Positions 1-7,904 of a DNA stretch of 64,000 bases are shown here, in pieces (position 1 is the stretch's first letter; each line of letters opens with the position of its first letter). A program made the position numbers and the translations under genes. The notes beneath the pieces were generated by a model that was not told the origin of the DNA, made no database searches, and was given only the letters and a program-made list of their open reading frames with translations. This stretch comes from an uncultured Gammaproteobacteria bacterium (lineage in GTDB: Bacteria; Pseudomonadota; Gammaproteobacteria; CAWCPV01): the NCBI GenBank assembly GCA_963797555.1, contig CAWCPV010000003.1:32001-96000 (forward strand). Direction: 5' to 3'.

Positions 1-167
1 TAGATCATGACCTCGGTGAGGTGGGCGAATACCTCCAGCAGCACCATGCCGGGATCGCCCGGCGAGAGGTCCGTCCACTCGGGACAGGACCGCTCGATCA
101 GGCGCTTCGCTTCCGCCACGAGGTCATCGAAGCGGCGGTCGTCGAGATTGGGCGGACGCAGTGGCAT
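1..167 (-). CDS. CIS baseplate J/gp6-like assembly protein, 5' part only (runs off window edge)
   Basis: Manual translation from ATG 167: MPLRPPNLDDRRFDDLVAEAKRLIERSCPEWTDLSPGDPGMVLLEVFAHL, the typical N-terminus of CIS baseplate proteins. Its start overlaps the gp25 stop (TGATG). Confidence 0.85.
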   Translation of the reverse strand, partial: MPLRPPNLDDRRFDDLVAEAKRLIERSCPEWTDLSPGDPGMVLLEVFAHLTEVMI

Positions 168-598
168 CAGATCTCGGCTTCCGAAAGATAGAGCGGAAAC
201 AGGAGCCTCTGGCTGTGCTGGGTGGAGCGCACCCGGTATTCCAGGAGGATGTCCATGCGCGTCGGGTCTTCGGCGCTGCGCCCCGCGTCTACACGCAGGA
301 TGTCGATGCGCGGCTCCCAGCGCTCCAGCGCCTGGCGTACGTAGTGCATGGCCAACCCCGCGCTGGTGTCGTCGTTCGGACTGAACACCACGCGGCCCAG
401 ATAGCAGCCGTACTCGGGGCGCATCACGCGCTCGCCCGGCCGGGTGGTCAGCAGCAGCAGGATGGCCTGTCGCACCGAGAGATGGTCTTCCACCATCTCG
501 ATGCCACCCTTGGTCGACAGACGCAGGCCCGTTCCGGCCTCCCCCTCGTCGAAGTCGGGGTGCACGAAGCGCCAGGCGCGGTAACGAGGCCGCGCCAT
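167..598 (-). CDS. GPW/gp25 family baseplate wedge protein
   Basis: SVRQAILLLLTTRPGERVMRPEYGC...ALERWEPRI motif; CIS context. Confidence 0.9.
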   Translation of the reverse strand: MARPRYRAWRFVHPDFDEGEAGTGLRLSTKGGIEMVEDHLSVRQAILLLLTTRPGERVMRPEYGCYLGRVVFSPNDDTSAGLAMHYVRQALERWEPRIDILRVDAGRSAEDPTRMDILLEYRVRSTQHSQRLLFPLYLSEAEI

Positions 599-600
599 CA

Positions 601-741
601 GAGCTTGTGAAGAAGTCGTCGCGAGCGGCCCGAGAGCCAGGCGCACGGAGCGCAGCGACGAGACATATCAGGTAGATAGACGAGGAGCGAGCACCGCGCA
701 ACGAAGCTCACGGGACGCGCAGTAGATTTATTCACGAGCTC
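601..741. mobile_element. 141-bp MITE-like element, copy 1
   Basis: Terminal inverted repeats GAGCTTGTGAA...TTCACGAGCTC, flanked by TCA at 598-600 and 742-744; closely similar copy at 62983-63123. Confidence 0.8.
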
Positions 742-1083
742 TCAGCCCTCCGCGATCAGCGCCTGCCCAGGACTGCGCACCTTGTAGGGCACGGTCCCGG
801 GCGGCGTGCCGTCGGTGAGTCCCGTGACGGTGTCGAGACACACGCGCCTGCCGTCGATGCGTATCAGGTCGGAGTATCCCGACTGCACACGCAGGGTCTT
901 GCCGCAGGGCTTGATGGTCGGGCCCACGTTGGGACAGCCCTTGATCGGCCGGCCTTCCGGGTCGGTCTCCACCAGCGCGCGGCGGCGCTCCACGGTCACC
1001 AGGTCCTGCGTGGCGACGATGTTCACGATACCCAGCTCGTGGGCACACACCAGCACGGCGTCCTCGGTGAGCCAGCGCATCAT
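742..1083 (-). CDS. PAAR-like spike tip protein
   Basis: ~113 aa MMRWLTEDAVLVCAH...GCPN...KPC...IRIDGRRVCLD with Cys/His ligands, located between spike and gp25. Confidence 0.7.
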   Translation of the reverse strand: MMRWLTEDAVLVCAHELGIVNIVATQDLVTVERRRALVETDPEGRPIKGCPNVGPTIKPCGKTLRVQSGYSDLIRIDGRRVCLDTVTGLTDGTPPGTVPYKVRSPGQALIAEG

Positions 1084-2651
1084 CCCCTCTGGAAGTCGAT
1101 GGACTGTCCCCGGATGGTGACCGCCCTGCCCGGGGCCTCGATCTCGAGGTCCGCCGCCGCGTGGATGCGCACCGTGCCGCCGGCGAGCTCCACGTAGCTC
1201 CCGCTGCTCGCGAGGAGCCGCGCACGGCCGGGCGACAGCTCCAGACGGTGGCCGCCGCTGTTGTCGACCCGCACCCGCCCCTTGTCGTCGTCGAGCTGGA
1301 TGCGCTGGCCACCCGGCGTCGTGAACGTATAGCGCTTCACCGCGCCCCCCTCCACACCCGCATCCGGTGGTCCCTGCTTGCCGTAGAGGCCGCCCAACAC
1401 CACCGCCTGGCCGGGATCCTCCGCACCCACCAGCAGCAGGACCCGGTCGCCCACGTCCGGCAGGCTCACCAGCCCCTTCTTGTCGCCGGCGCCGGGTGTC
1501 AGCACCTCCAGCCAGTCGCTTTCCACGTCCTGGTAACCGGGCAACGACACTCGCACCCGGCCGAGACGCTCCGGGTCGTCCACCCGCGTGACCATGCCGA
1601 TGGTGGACACCGCGGCACGCGAGCGCACGCGCGGCTGAGGCGCCGCCGTCTCGATCTCCGACAGGAAGCCGCGCTCGCGGTCCACGGTGTGGTTCACCGA
1701 GGTCAGCACGTAGCGCCCGTCGAGCGCGCGAGTCAGGCCTTGGACATCGATCGGCGTTCCCGGGCGGAGCCGCGGGTCGCCCTCCGCCATACCCCACAGG
1801 GCGACCTCACCGGCCGTGCGCCGGTCCAGCTCGGCTTGCGCCAGTGCGCTCGCCTGAGCATCGGACTGTACGGTGACATCGGCGAGGGTGCGGGCACCTT
1901 TCGCGCCGAGCCGCTCCGGCGGCGCCTCCGCCGCCACACGCCGTCCCACCCGTGTCCCACCCGCCGCGCCGCGTCGGGCCTCGGCGAGCCAGGGGTCCCA
2001 ACCCAGGGCTTCCACCGATCGACAGGCGGGCTCGCCGCTCACCTGGACGCGGGCATCCAGCAGCGTCCGTCCCATGGCGAGGGGAAGCGCCGCGCCGATC
2101 CCCTCCAGGCTCAGCAGATGTAGCGTCTCGTCCCGCAGGGTGAAGTAGAGCCCGGCCCGCTCCGCGACCTCGATCATGAGGTCCAAGTCCGACTGCCGGA
2201 ACTGCATCAGGGTGTCCCACTCGGGACCGCTCTCGGCTGCCTCGATCTCGATGCCCAAGTCCGCTGTCAGCTCGCTCGCCAGGTCCTTCAGGGTCACGCG
2301 GGTATGGCGCCGCACCGGCTGGCGCTTGCGCAATCGGTGCAGCAGGTCGTAGGCGCGCAGGCGGACGAGCATTCCTCCGGCGGGCCCGTACTGGATCTCG
2401 GCCGCGGTCACCTGCCCGTCGAACAGGACCGGCGTGGTGCGCTCGATTGCGAGGTGCAGGGACATGCCGGGCAATGACGACGCCCGCTCGGCGAATCTCG
2501 GGTCCGGGTCCACGAAGGTGAGCTCGCAAAGGGTCGGCAGCGAGAGCCGCTGCTGCACCCGCACCTCGCCGAGCGCCCGCGCCTCCTCGGGCGCCAGCGA
2601 CGCGCCATCGAGCTCTACGACGAGCTTCGGAAGGCTCGCCAGCGCACTCAT
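1080..2651 (-). CDS. VgrG-like hub/spike protein (late control D + baseplate V)
   Basis: QFRQSDLDL, GRYVLTSVNH, DDPERLGRVRV, LPDVGDRVLL motifs. Confidence 0.9.
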   Translation of the reverse strand: MSALASLPKLVVELDGASLAPEEARALGEVRVQQRLSLPTLCELTFVDPDPRFAERASSLPGMSLHLAIERTTPVLFDGQVTAAEIQYGPAGGMLVRLRAYDLLHRLRKRQPVRRHTRVTLKDLASELTADLGIEIEAAESGPEWDTLMQFRQSDLDLMIEVAERAGLYFTLRDETLHLLSLEGIGAALPLAMGRTLLDARVQVSGEPACRSVEALGWDPWLAEARRGAAGGTRVGRRVAAEAPPERLGAKGARTLADVTVQSDAQASALAQAELDRRTAGEVALWGMAEGDPRLRPGTPIDVQGLTRALDGRYVLTSVNHTVDRERGFLSEIETAAPQPRVRSRAAVSTIGMVTRVDDPERLGRVRVSLPGYQDVESDWLEVLTPGAGDKKGLVSLPDVGDRVLLLVGAEDPGQAVVLGGLYGKQGPPDAGVEGGAVKRYTFTTPGGQRIQLDDDKGRVRVDNSGGHRLELSPGRARLLASSGSYVELAGGTVRIHAAADLEIEAPGRAVTIRGQSIDFQRG

Positions 2652-3439
2652 TGCCCGAGCCCGAGGTCGGCGAGCCGCGGCACTTGGAGCAGCGAGCCGA
2701 AACACAAGTGCAAAGGGTCGGCGATACCGTTGAAGTCCGCCAGCAAACGCCACAGCCCCGGGTCACCGTAGTGCAGGTGCGCGACCTGGTCCAGGCGCTC
2801 ATCGCACATGGGAGGTCCCTCGGCCTCCTCGGCCGCGGCCTCGGCGCCCCTCAGCTCGTGGACGTCGGCTCGCTCGGCCGCAACATCCCGCACCTCCTGC
2901 GCCAGCTCGGTCCAGGACTCGGGCGCGACAGCCCCTCCCGGCGCAGCGGCGCCGCCTCCCATAGGCAGCGCGGCCGCGGGCGGTTCGGCGATGCGCGCGA
3001 GCCGCATGCGCAGCCACGAGCGCGTGGGCACTCCGCCCGGGGTGAAGTGTTCCAGCCGCTCCGCGACCGCGATCACGATGGCCGGCATGTTCCGGCTCTT
3101 GCCCCAGACGACACGAAACTTCGGCAGCCGGCCGTAGCTCTGCGGATGGCGAGTGTTCTCGGCCAGATCCCAGATCGGCGCCGTGAGGTCGCGCACGTCG
3201 TCGCTCGCGATGGAGGACCCGGCCAGGGACACGTCGAACAGCAGGTCCAAGTCCAGCTCCGTGCTCCCGCCGCCGGTGAGCAGCAACGGGTCGTCCGCAA
3301 GCTCCGCGCCCGCGACCAGGCCCCCGGTCGATCGGCGCCGTTCGACCCCGGCGCGGCGGCGCAGGACAAGGGTCTCCGGGTTGAGGAGGCAGCCTAGCTG
3401 CTCCCCCGTATCTTCGAGCAGGAAGGCTACGCGCTCCAC
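2648..3439 (-). CDS. CIS tube initiator with C-terminal LysM-like domain
   Basis: LLNPETL..., LEHFTPGGVPTRSWLRMRL, ERLDQVAHLHYGDPGLWRLLADFNGIADP. Confidence 0.8.
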   Translation of the reverse strand: MERVAFLLEDTGEQLGCLLNPETLVLRRRAGVERRRSTGGLVAGAELADDPLLLTGGGSTELDLDLLFDVSLAGSSIASDDVRDLTAPIWDLAENTRHPQSYGRLPKFRVVWGKSRNMPAIVIAVAERLEHFTPGGVPTRSWLRMRLARIAEPPAAALPMGGGAAAPGGAVAPESWTELAQEVRDVAAERADVHELRGAEAAAEEAEGPPMCDERLDQVAHLHYGDPGLWRLLADFNGIADPLHLCFGSLLQVPRLADLGLGQ

Positions 3440-4854
3440 GGAATGCCCCTTTGCTCCCTGTCCAGGTGCCGCTCCCTTTCTGCTCGGAGGCGCTCCGCAG
3501 ATAGGACCCGGGCGATAACATGCTCACCGCCGCCGGCAGGCGACGGAAGGCTGGGCCACCGGTCGGGTGATTCGTCGGAGATCGGGGAATCGGCGGTCAC
3601 GGATTCGGGCAGGCTGGGCCAGGCGCCGGCGGAACGGTGCGCCGGCGCGAGCCAGAAGCCTGTCGCCGCGAGGGGCGGCCCGCCCGATATGGGCCCCTCT
3701 GGCACCGGGCAGAGCCTGATGCCGCCCGGACCGGCGGCAATGCTCGGGTATTCGGGCTGAGGCTGACCGGCAAAGGTCCGAGGCGGCGCCGTAGCGGCCT
3801 GCGGACCTTGGGTCGACCCCGCGGGCTGTTCTTCTACGCCTGCGGCCGACGATGTGCTCGGCGCTGCCAAAGGCTCTGTGCGCTCGGGAAGCAACGCATG
3901 CCTGAAGAAATCGAGATCCGGAGCAGGGGCCGTCGCTCGCCGGTTCGGCTCTCTGCGAGGCGGGGCTTGTGGCTCCGGCACTCTCGTCGCCGTGGCCGCG
4001 CCGGGGGACTGCGGCGGCACTGGAGCCGGTCCCGCTCGGCTCTGCGAGACCGGAGCCGTCGCGTTGGGCGACGACCGTCTGCGCGGGGGCTTCCACCAAG
4101 GCCGCTGCGCGCCGGTGGAGGCAGGCCGGCGGGTGACCGTGCCGGGCTGGCGCGCATCCGACGAAGCTACCGGGACGGCGTTTGCTCGGGGCTCGGACCC
4201 GCTCACCGGCGATTCCGGGTTCATTGCCGGCCCCGGCTGGGCGAGATTCGGGTTCGTACGTCGCCGATCGGGCGCAGGCACCTGCCGCTGCTCTTCGTCT
4301 GGCCGCTGGGGCAAACGCGGGGCGGACCATTCCGGCCTTACGCCAGCCTGAATCCCGGCGCGACGCACACCGGCGGCCTCCGCGGTCGCGGCCGCCCCGC
4401 GCATCCTGCCCGCAGCGCCCTCGGCCTCATCCCGGGGCACCTGCGGTCGGGAATGGTCTGTTCCGCAGTGGGCCGCATGCGAGTGCGGGGAGACCCCAAT
4501 GGGCGACGGAGGCGCGGAAACGGCCGCGGGGCCGCCCGTGTCGGTTGCGGGGAAAGTCTCCGCGCTCGGCTCCGGGGAAGGCAGCATGGCACCGGACTGG
4601 GCACCGCGCAGAAGCTGCGGTGCATGCCGGCGCACCAATCGCAGCCAGTGTTCCGGGGCACCCACGGTCGGCCGGACGGCCATCCCGTCCACCTGCCGGG
4701 ACTCACCCGGAGCCGAGGCGGTCGCCGGCATCTCGTCCGGCTCTCTTCGCTCTACCCCCGGCTGCGGTTCCCGAGCAGCCTCCAACCTGTCCGCCAAGGC
4801 GCCCAGCCACTGCGCCAAGCGGCGACGCAACGCCCGTTGCATCGTCCCGGTCAC
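3427..4854 (-). CDS. Pro/Ala-rich low-complexity CIS-associated protein
   Basis: 475-aa ORF tightly packed between tube and LysM genes; no recognisable domain. Confidence 0.55.
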   Translation of the reverse strand: MTGTMQRALRRRLAQWLGALADRLEAAREPQPGVERREPDEMPATASAPGESRQVDGMAVRPTVGAPEHWLRLVRRHAPQLLRGAQSGAMLPSPEPSAETFPATDTGGPAAVSAPPSPIGVSPHSHAAHCGTDHSRPQVPRDEAEGAAGRMRGAAATAEAAGVRRAGIQAGVRPEWSAPRLPQRPDEEQRQVPAPDRRRTNPNLAQPGPAMNPESPVSGSEPRANAVPVASSDARQPGTVTRRPASTGAQRPWWKPPRRRSSPNATAPVSQSRAGPAPVPPQSPGAATATRVPEPQAPPRREPNRRATAPAPDLDFFRHALLPERTEPLAAPSTSSAAGVEEQPAGSTQGPQAATAPPRTFAGQPQPEYPSIAAGPGGIRLCPVPEGPISGGPPLAATGFWLAPAHRSAGAWPSLPESVTADSPISDESPDRWPSLPSPAGGGEHVIARVLSAERLRAERERHLDREQRGIPWSA

Positions 4855-4856
4855 AC

Positions 4857-5288
4857 TCAGTCGGCGCGCTTCAGTTCATCCGCGACCAGTGTCATGGTTT
4901 CGATCGCGGCGGCGGGGGCCATGGCTTCGAGCTTCGCCGCTCGCCAGTCCGTCAGCCAAGCGCGGAACAGGTTCCAGCGCGTGACCTCCTGCACCGCGTC
5001 GGTGCCCAGGAGGATGATGGAGACGTCCCTGCGCGTAACCTTTCCCTCCAGTCCTTCTTTGAACCAATCCCAGAGCGAGTTGGTCTTGCTGAGGCCATAA
5101 CGCAGCGTCACCTCGCCGACCTTGGCCCAACCGGGAAGCCTGCGCACCCAGGGCGCATCGCCGCCCGCCCGGTACTCGATGGCCTCCACCTTGACCCCCA
5201 GGCCGCTCACCTCGGTGAAATACGCGGCCGTCGCACCCTGGATGTCGAGTTTGAAGCTGTACGCGCGATAGATATCGTCGTCGGGCAT
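4857..5288 (-). CDS. Phage tail tube protein (T4 gp19-like)
   Basis: YFTEVSGL..EAIEYRAGG..RRLPG..VTLRYG..RWNLFRAW..AIETMTL. Confidence 0.92.
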   Translation of the reverse strand: MPDDDIYRAYSFKLDIQGATAAYFTEVSGLGVKVEAIEYRAGGDAPWVRRLPGWAKVGEVTLRYGLSKTNSLWDWFKEGLEGKVTRRDVSIILLGTDAVQEVTRWNLFRAWLTDWRAAKLEAMAPAAAIETMTLVADELKRAD

Positions 5289-5370
5289 GGACTGGCTCCT
5301 CCGTCCGTGATCTGTTTAACCGGTCATGGTGACTTTCGCCGCGTCGCATCATGAAAGCGCGCGCCATGAC

Positions 5371-5412
5371 CGGCTCCCTCACCCCTAGCCCTCTCCCGCG
5401 AGCGGCGAGGGG
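5371..5412. repeat. REP-like palindromic element
   Basis: CCCTCACCCCTAGCCCTCTCCCGCGAGCGGCGAGGGG in the sheath-tube intergenic gap. Confidence 0.5.
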
Positions 5413-5450
5413 GAATTTGGTGCGCCTTCGGGGCACCTTCCCGTCAAGCA

Positions 5451-6674
5451 CTATGCGGCGGTCTGCACTTCCGAGCCGCCGGCCCACTGTCCGATGCGGA
5501 AGACGATGAATTCGGCGGGCTTCACCGGAGCGATGCCGATCTCGATCACCAGTCGCCCCGCATCCACCACCTCCGGCGGGTTGGTCTCGGCGTCGCATTT
5601 CACGAAAAATGCCTCGGCCGGGGTCGCGCCCAGCAGCGCGCCGTCGCGCCACAGCAAGGTCAGGAATGCGGTGACATCGCGGATCACCGACTGCCATAGC
5701 GTGAAATCGTTGGGCTCGAACACCGTCCAGCGAGTGCCGCCGGCGATGGATTCCTCGATCATGTTGAACGTGCGCCGCACGTTGATGTAGCGCCACTCGC
5801 TTGCCTCCTCCGCCACGGTGCGCGCGCCCCAGACGCGGATCCCTGCATCGGGGAAGAAACGGATGCAGTTCACCCCGGCGCTGTTCAATTCGCCCTGCTC
5901 TGCGCGCGTCACCCGGTACGTCAGCCCCACCGCCCCCCGCACCGTTTCGTTGGCCGGCGCCTTGTGCACGCCGCGGGTGGCATCCGTGCGCGCATAGATC
6001 CCGGCCATGTGGCCGGAAGGAGGCATCCTCTCCACGCCGGCCCCGTTCATGGGGTCTCGGCCCACGATCCAGGGAAAGTAGAAGGCGCCATAGCCGCCAT
6101 CGGAGTTGCGAGGCCGCATCCCGCGCCCCGCACCCGCCCCACGTGCCGCCTTCTTGCCCTCGCCCTCGTCGCCAGCGGGCGGTGGCCCCGCAGTGGCCAC
6201 TTGCTTGAGCAAGTCGACGTTGTCCACCTCGAGCGGCGCATCCATTATCGCGACCCGGTCTCCGAGTCGCTCGCAGTGGGTAAGCAGCGCGTCGTAGGAG
6301 ACGGCGTCGGTATAACCCGGCGCAGCGACAATCGCCACCTCGTCGATGGCGTCCAGGGCCCACAGCCCGGTGCGGGTGCGGGCATCTCCGCCGATAGGGT
6401 TGTTCTGCCCGACGTTCACCACGTAACAGCGCGCCCCGCCGTTCATGAAGAACCCGAACACCGCCCGCGCCAGGTCAGTCCCGGGGCTGTCGGCGGGTGC
6501 GAACTCCTTCAGGAACTGGGACCAACTGTTGCAGGCGAAAGGCTCGTTCGGATGGGCGTCCGGCTTCGGCGCGACGCCGACGAAAGCGGCGGTGCTGGTA
6601 CCGACCGGCGCGATCGGCCGGGTGCCCATGGAGACCTCCTCCACATAGACGCCGGGGGTGAGATAGTTCGGCAT
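5451..6674 (-). CDS. Contractile tail sheath protein
   Basis: MPNYLTPGVYVEE, PPSGHMAGIYARTDATRGVHKAPAN, VWGART, WRYINVRR, APVKPAEFIVFRI. Confidence 0.95.
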   Translation of the reverse strand: MPNYLTPGVYVEEVSMGTRPIAPVGTSTAAFVGVAPKPDAHPNEPFACNSWSQFLKEFAPADSPGTDLARAVFGFFMNGGARCYVVNVGQNNPIGGDARTRTGLWALDAIDEVAIVAAPGYTDAVSYDALLTHCERLGDRVAIMDAPLEVDNVDLLKQVATAGPPPAGDEGEGKKAARGAGAGRGMRPRNSDGGYGAFYFPWIVGRDPMNGAGVERMPPSGHMAGIYARTDATRGVHKAPANETVRGAVGLTYRVTRAEQGELNSAGVNCIRFFPDAGIRVWGARTVAEEASEWRYINVRRTFNMIEESIAGGTRWTVFEPNDFTLWQSVIRDVTAFLTLLWRDGALLGATPAEAFFVKCDAETNPPEVVDAGRLVIEIGIAPVKPAEFIVFRIGQWAGGSEVQTAA

Positions 6675-6675
6675 G

Positions 6676-7362
6676 TCAGACCTCCATTGCCTCGAAGTGA
6701 ATGACCAGCGGTTTCCGATCTCCGGCCACGTGTTCCACGGTGACCGTCTGCTCGTAGCCCTTGGCGCGTATCTGCAGCCGTTTCTGGGGCGGCTCGGCGG
6801 GAACCGCGGCGAAGCGGAAAACCCCCCTGGAGTCCGTGTGCGTCGTGAGCCGCGGCGACCCAAGCTCCACATGGGCGTCGCAGACCGGCAGATTCCCCGG
6901 TCCGAGCAGCACTCCCACGAGCGAAGTGAGCGGGGAGTGATGCACCTCGGCGGGCTTTCGCACCCGCCCGACTTTAGGCTCCGCTCGCGGCAGCCGCAAC
7001 GGCATGCGCAGCATGAACGCGGGGCGCGGAACGATGCCCAAAGCGCTCCAGAAAACCGCTGCGGGCGGATCGAGATCCACCTTGAATTCCGGGGATTCCA
7101 TCGCAGCGAACACCAGTTGCCCCAGCATTCGGTGGGCCTCTTGGGGAGACTCCGCCCGCGCCGTGACCAGATAGCGTAGACCGAGCTGCAGTGGGGGCGT
7201 GCGTGCCGCAGATACGCCCGGCGCGTCGGGGAGCAGATCCAGCAGGTAGAGGTAGATAGCCGGCGCCGCATCGGAGTCGTTGGGCGGCGTGAACCGGACG
7301 TCAACGTCCGGCACGATGGCGCCCGCCCAGTCTTTGAGGCGCTGGTCGAGATCCTCGATCAC
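6676..7362 (-). CDS. Pvc16/DUF4255-like CIS cap protein with C-terminal carboxypeptidase-regulatory-like domain
   Basis: IYLYLLDL..LRYLVTA..FWSALG..PR; C-terminal TDSRGVFRF; GTG start preceded by GGGAGG. Confidence 0.75.
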   Translation of the reverse strand: MIEDLDQRLKDWAGAIVPDVDVRFTPPNDSDAAPAIYLYLLDLLPDAPGVSAARTPPLQLGLRYLVTARAESPQEAHRMLGQLVFAAMESPEFKVDLDPPAAVFWSALGIVPRPAFMLRMPLRLPRAEPKVGRVRKPAEVHHSPLTSLVGVLLGPGNLPVCDAHVELGSPRLTTHTDSRGVFRFAAVPAEPPQKRLQIRAKGYEQTVTVEHVAGDRKPLVIHFEAMEV

Positions 7363-7904
7363 GGCGCTTCCTCCCTCTCTGACGACCGGGACAGACACTG
7401 CCCCGAAAGCTGTCAGCATCTGCCTAGGACGGCGTAACGCGACAAACTCTTCTGTGCTTCCGGCGCTCCTCCGATGACCGCCAGCGCGTTTATCTGCCTC
7501 GCGTTGGGAGCCTACGTTACTCTGGCGCTTTTCCGATTGCAACGGCTCGGTGACACCGACGCCCGGGAGATATGGCCGTCCGCAAAGAACGCTGCATCCC
7601 TCGCAGTTCCGTTGCCGGACCGACAGGCGCCCATGTTCGCCATCGGGGCCCCTGCACGGAGGTCGAGGCCGCTGTGACCGCGCGGGCGCCGCCCCAATCT
7701 CGAGAACGGACCGCAGCGGTCTTCTCGCGCATGTTGGGAATCGTGTTCTATCTTTAAGGGTGGCCGGCATTCCCCGATAGACGGGTAGGTCGGGTTAGGC
7801 CCCCGCAAGGGGCGAGCCCCGGGCGTCGGCGGTGCCAATCCGCGGCACCCTGACCCACATCGGGACCCTTTGCCACCTTTTCATCGACAGGGAGGAGAGA
7901 ACGA

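Noticed and set aside
1-7362. Prophage tail or T6SS
   Set aside because: No capsid, terminase or integrase, and no TssJLM/ClpV; Pvc16 + LysM initiator + gp25 order fits a CIS.
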